Shown here: one piece after another, positions 56,585 to 60,329 of the stretch
Layout of the letters: every line of letters starts with the position of its first letter
How positions within the stretch are numbered: the stretch's first letter is position 1
Source: an uncultured Anaerolineaceae bacterium
Lineage (GTDB): Bacteria; Chloroflexota; Anaerolineae; Anaerolineales; Anaerolineaceae
Assembly (NCBI GenBank): GCA_937863605.1
Contig: CALMGN010000035.1
Span: forward strand, 1-60,329
Length of the DNA stretch: 60,329 bases
Direction: 5' to 3'
Position numbers and translations under genes: made by a program
Notes under the pieces: model-generated
Databases searched by the model: none
What the model was told of the DNA's origin: nothing
What the model saw: the letters and a program-made list of their open reading frames with translations, nothing else

Positions 56585-57385
56585 TCAAAACTTAACAGCC
56601 GGTGGTTCGCCGCTTGGCTCCGCCCTTTCGGTTTCAAGCAAATAACCTGAACCGCGAATCGACCGGATCCACCCGCCCTGCACTGGAATTTTCTCCAACT
56701 TGCTATTCAACCGTGAAAGAATCGGCCTGAGAATTTTAGCCGCTTCACCGGCGCCTATGCGGTAACCGTAGGCTTTTTGCACCAGTTCCTGGTGCCGGAC
56801 TACCAGGGCGTTATTTTCCAGCAGAACCCCAAAGATCTTGGCTTCAGTAGGCGTCAAGTGAATCACAACATCCTGCCAGGTGATGCGCCGCCGCATGCAG
56901 TCAATGATCACCCCATTGGAAGCGTGGAAAACCGTCTGTTCGTAAGGTTTGCTGATTGCTGCCACTGACCGGTTGGCAGCCCGCACGTCGCTCACCTCGT
57001 GTTCACTCCCGGGGAGCGACTCACCGGAAAGGGCTTTCTCCAGGCTCTTCAAAATATCTTTTGGCGAGGCTGGCTTGATCAAATAATCATTTACCCGGTA
57101 GCGCAGCGCCTGGATGGCCGTGTCCATGCTGCCAAACGCCGTCAAAATGACCACTTTCAGGTTGGGAAACGCCTCCGAAGTTTGAGTAACGACTTCGATC
57201 CCGCTCAAACCATGCATTTTCAGGTCAAGGATCATCAGGTCAAAGGCAGACCGACTTAATTCCCGCAAGGCGGTCTCGCCGTCACCCACTGCTGTGACTT
57301 CGTAGCCCTCCAGTTGTAAGATGCGCAGCAGCGATAAGCGGGCAACCTCTTCATCATCTACGACCAATATTCTTGCTTTTACCAT
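56585..57385 (-). CDS. Response regulator, REC + winged-helix (OmpR-like)
   Basis: VVDDE, LDLKM, LTAFG and LIKP; C-terminal LTPTEAKI...IRSIRGSGY; start at ATG 57385. Confidence 0.88.
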   Translation of the reverse strand: MVKARILVVDDEEVARLSLLRILQLEGYEVTAVGDGETALRELSRSAFDLMILDLKMHGLSGIEVVTQTSEAFPNLKVVILTAFGSMDTAIQALRYRVNDYLIKPASPKDILKSLEKALSGESLPGSEHEVSDVRAANRSVAAISKPYEQTVFHASNGVIIDCMRRRITWQDVVIHLTPTEAKIFGVLLENNALVVRHQELVQKAYGYRIGAGEAAKILRPILSRLNSKLEKIPVQGGWIRSIRGSGYLLETERAEPSGEPPAVKF

Positions 57386-57386
57386 T

Positions 57387-58994
57387 TTAATCCTTCCTCG
57401 GTAGCACAATCCGCGCCCGTGCGCCTTTTTCGTGCAGCGGTTGAACAAAACTCAACTCCCCGCCATGCACATCGACCACCAATTCATAACTAATCGACAG
57501 CCCCAACCCGGTTCCGAACGGTTTTGTGCTAACAAAAGGTTCAAACAACCGTTCTTCTATCTCCGGAGACAATCCGCCCCCATTGTCTTCGATACAAATT
57601 TCGATTCCATTTTCGAGTTCATGCACCTCGATCCAGATCTGGCGTGGATCAGGCTGGTTGGTGACTGCGTCCATGGCATTGATCAACAAATTGAGGATCA
57701 CCTGTTGAATATTGTCACGGATGATTTCGATCTCGAGCGGTCTGCCTGGAAAATCACGGACGACCGAGATCCGGTTATTCCGTAATTGAGGTTCCACCAG
57801 GTTCAATACTGTCTCCAATGACGCCAGCAGTTCCACCTCCTGGCGAACCAGACGCTTGGGGCGGTAATATTCCATCGCGGTTTGCGCCAGTGCAGAAACC
57901 CTTTCCACTTCCTTGCGCGCCAGGGCAATAAATTCCTGACGTTGGGTTTCTGGCAGATCGGTGCGTTCAGCAAGATGAAGACAATTTTGAACACCCTGCA
58001 GCGGGTTATTTAGTTCGTGCGCCAGAGATGCCATCAAACGTCCCAAGGCCGCCATTTTTTCAGCCATAATCAGGCTGCGCTGAGACTCTTCCAACTGGCG
58101 GATAAAATCCTTAAGCTCTTTATAAAGCGCTGCATTCTCCAGGGCAACTGCCGCTTGCCGGGCAAAAATGACGATCAGCTCAAGATCTGGGTTGGCCCAC
58201 TCAGGCTGGTCGTTCGAGCGAATTGCATAGAATAGATAGCGATTGTTCGCTCGGCTTACCGGTACGCAGACCATATCTCGGAAATTGTTTTCCCGCAGCC
58301 ATTTCCCCATCGGTCCAAGAAACGGATCATTCTGATTTAACAGAATATAGGGTTCGATCATGGAGATTTTTTCCAAGGCTCGGTCAATAACAGGCGACCC
58401 CATCGGTTGAGATAACAGGTCCGGGTTGGAGCCTGCCAGCACTTTCCAGGGGGATTCTTTGGCATTCTGGACAAATATCCCGGTAATCGCGGCCTGTGTT
58501 TGTTGGCGAATGTCGTTTACGATCAGATCGCTTAAGACATCCGGGGTGGTCTCGGCAAAGATGTGCTCGCTGATGTCGAATAGCGGGTGGAGAACACTCA
58601 AACGCATTGCGTCTAGCTTCGTCTGGCGTTTCTGCAACACCGACCCGACAGTTTCAACCAAATCACCTGCGCTGGTCAGCGGTTTGAGCAGCAACCCATC
58701 GGCTCCAAAGCGCAGCGCCTGAACTGCGTTTTCCACCGAGCCAAAACCTGTCATCAGTAGAATCGCCAGGTCCGGGTTGGATTGGGACGCCAGAGCCATC
58801 AACTCAAACCCGTCCATGTCCGGCATACGGATGTCAGTGATCAATAAATCGTACGGCGTCGATTTCAGATGAGCCAGCGCGTCGGCAGTATGGTTGACGG
58901 CTTTTGCCTCGAACCCGGCGCGTTTCAACAACCGCTGACATAGCAGCGCGTTAGCCATATCATCATCAACGATCAGGATTTTTTCACCTGCCAT
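57387..58994 (-). CDS. Hybrid REC-GAF-histidine kinase
   Basis: REC motifs IVDDD and TDIRMPDMDG; GAF end QAAVALENA; AHELNNPL, NLLINAMDA and GTGLGL; start at ATG 58994. Confidence 0.9.
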   Translation of the reverse strand: MAGEKILIVDDDMANALLCQRLLKRAGFEAKAVNHTADALAHLKSTPYDLLITDIRMPDMDGFELMALASQSNPDLAILLMTGFGSVENAVQALRFGADGLLLKPLTSAGDLVETVGSVLQKRQTKLDAMRLSVLHPLFDISEHIFAETTPDVLSDLIVNDIRQQTQAAITGIFVQNAKESPWKVLAGSNPDLLSQPMGSPVIDRALEKISMIEPYILLNQNDPFLGPMGKWLRENNFRDMVCVPVSRANNRYLFYAIRSNDQPEWANPDLELIVIFARQAAVALENAALYKELKDFIRQLEESQRSLIMAEKMAALGRLMASLAHELNNPLQGVQNCLHLAERTDLPETQRQEFIALARKEVERVSALAQTAMEYYRPKRLVRQEVELLASLETVLNLVEPQLRNNRISVVRDFPGRPLEIEIIRDNIQQVILNLLINAMDAVTNQPDPRQIWIEVHELENGIEICIEDNGGGLSPEIEERLFEPFVSTKPFGTGLGLSISYELVVDVHGGELSFVQPLHEKGARARIVLPRKD

Positions 58995-59179
58995 CAGTAC
59001 CGTATGATCCTTCTGCTGGAAATAATGTTTTAGAGGTTTGAAAATTGTTTCGGTCAATTGTAGCAAAGAAATGCCGGGAAGTTTAGGGGGCGTAAGACAT
59101 TGTGAAACTCCCTGCGAGGTTTATTAAGGCAGGCAGGAGGTGCCTGATGCTGCTGGATGCTATAATCCCAGCAGTAGCC

Positions 59180-60329
59180 ATGCCATCTCCCCTTTTCTTC
59201 TCCGACCAACCCGAAAAAGCTTTTGCTGCCCGGCTGCCAAGGTCACAGCGCAACCGGCTGGGACAGGTTTTTACCCCCTACGAAATCGCCAATTTCATGG
59301 CGCAGTGGGTAAGCGCAAGGCAATTTCCAGCTACGGTGCTCGACCCAGCCCTTGGTCTTGGAGTCTTCCTGCGGGCTTTACTGGAAGCCAACCCGTATGC
59401 GCCATCCAGGTTGGTCGGGTTTGAAATTGATGACCGCACCACTGAGATAGCACGCGATTTATTCACTAAAAATGGCTATGCGCAAATAGAATTCCACCAG
59501 GAAAGCTTTTTGACCGCCGGCTGGGAAGATCAATTCGACGGCATCCTTTGCAACCCGCCCTACCGTAAGTTCCGCGGGCTTCCGGACAAAGACTCGCTCG
59601 TATCAGCGGTAAATCAGCATACCGGAATCTCTGTCAGCCGGACCGCTAATCTGTACATATTTTTTCTCATCAAAGCCGTCTGGCAACTGGCGCCGGGCGG
59701 ACGAGCGGCATTCATCCTGCCGTATGAATTCCTCAACGCTGATTACGGCGTGCCGGTCAAGCAGCTGCTGCTCGACCAGGGAATCCTGCGCAAGGTCATC
59801 CTGCTTGGAGACGGCTTCCAGCCGTTTGAGGATGTGACCACGACCACCTGCATCCTGTGCCTGGAACGAACGCCTGCCGCGCATCCCCCGGAATGGATTA
59901 CCGTTCACTCAATGGAGGATTTAACCCATTTAGCGGTCGGTTTTTCGGGCAACGAACGCCCATTGGAATCAATAGGAGAGACTAACCAACCCCCGCCCTC
60001 TGCTCGCGCGAAATGGCACGTCAGCGTTGAGCCGTTTCCCTCGGATAAACTGGGCGGATTAGTACCGCTATCCACCTTCGGCCGGATCATGCGCGGCATT
60101 GCCACCGGTGATAACCGCTTTTTCCTTTTGACCGAAGCAGAACGGCTGCAATACGGCCTTGACCTGGATTACGTCCTGCCTTGCCTGCCAAAATCGAGCT
60201 ACGCACCCGGACATGTTTTTACAAGCGCCCACTTTGAGAAATTGGTCCAGGCCAAAAAGCCGGTCTGGTTGTTGAACGCCTGCGGGAATGAAATGAATCC
60301 TGGCGTTGGAACTTATCTGGCATTGGGAG
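59180..60329 (+). CDS. N6-adenine DNA methyltransferase (gamma class, Eco57I/TaqI-like), 3'-partial
   Basis: Manual translation gives GQVFTP, VLDPALGLG, NPPY (59552-59563), NLYIFF and RGIATGDN. It is absent from the ORF track, consistent with no stop codon inside the window. Confidence 0.88.
   Translation, partial: MPSPLFFSDQPEKAFAARLPRSQRNRLGQVFTPYEIANFMAQWVSARQFPATVLDPALGLGVFLRALLEANPYAPSRLVGFEIDDRTTEIARDLFTKNGYAQIEFHQESFLTAGWEDQFDGILCNPPYRKFRGLPDKDSLVSAVNQHTGISVSRTANLYIFFLIKAVWQLAPGGRAAFILPYEFLNADYGVPVKQLLLDQGILRKVILLGDGFQPFEDVTTTTCILCLERTPAAHPPEWITVHSMEDLTHLAVGFSGNERPLESIGETNQPPPSARAKWHVSVEPFPSDKLGGLVPLSTFGRIMRGIATGDNRFFLLTEAERLQYGLDLDYVLPCLPKSSYAPGHVFTSAHFEKLVQAKKPVWLLNACGNEMNPGVGTYLALG

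Noticed and set aside
59061-59076. Sigma54-like site CGGCATTTCTTTGCTA (minus strand) upstream of the hybrid kinase
   Set aside because: GG-to-GC spacing is 9 nt; sigma54 spacing is strict.
56421-60329. Genomic island integrated at tRNA-Gly
   Set aside because: No integrase or duplicated tRNA end is visible; a nearby methyltransferase alone is insufficient evidence.

Overview
This is a bacterial chromosomal window, most likely from Chloroflexota (Anaerolineae-like). That assignment is inferred from gene content and protein style. Most of it is housekeeping and peptide/amino-acid fermentation genes: pepA (5'-partial), alaS, hflX, rpmF, secDF, htpG, an ADP-forming acyl-CoA ligase, tig, clpP, rlmN, ftsY, frameshifted prfB, pfkA, rel, moeA, gltX, the mreBCD-PBP2-rodA cluster, three tRNAs, a two-component pair and a 3'-partial N6-adenine DNA methyltransferase. 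The standout is a ~13 kb minus-strand module at 4468-17619. It has a sigma54 (RpoN) carrying a CxxC/CxxC insert, a soluble PAS histidine kinase, and an NtrC-type activator that lacks a DNA-binding HTH and has GAFTSA in place of GAFTGA. These are followed by a small 2-TM protein, an 1815-aa TPR protein and a cytoplasmic TPR/gingipain-like (C25, clan CD) cysteine protease. Two near-identical -24/-12 sigma54 promoters lie upstream of rpoN and upstream of the TM-TPR-protease operon, which suggests a self-contained, autoregulated sigma54 switch controlling a caspase-fold protease system. The window also has several REP-like palindromic families, a 20-bp tandem array built from a REP left end, and an integrase remnant at the 3' end of tRNA-Gln. 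All calls come from manual motif recognition; no database searches were run.
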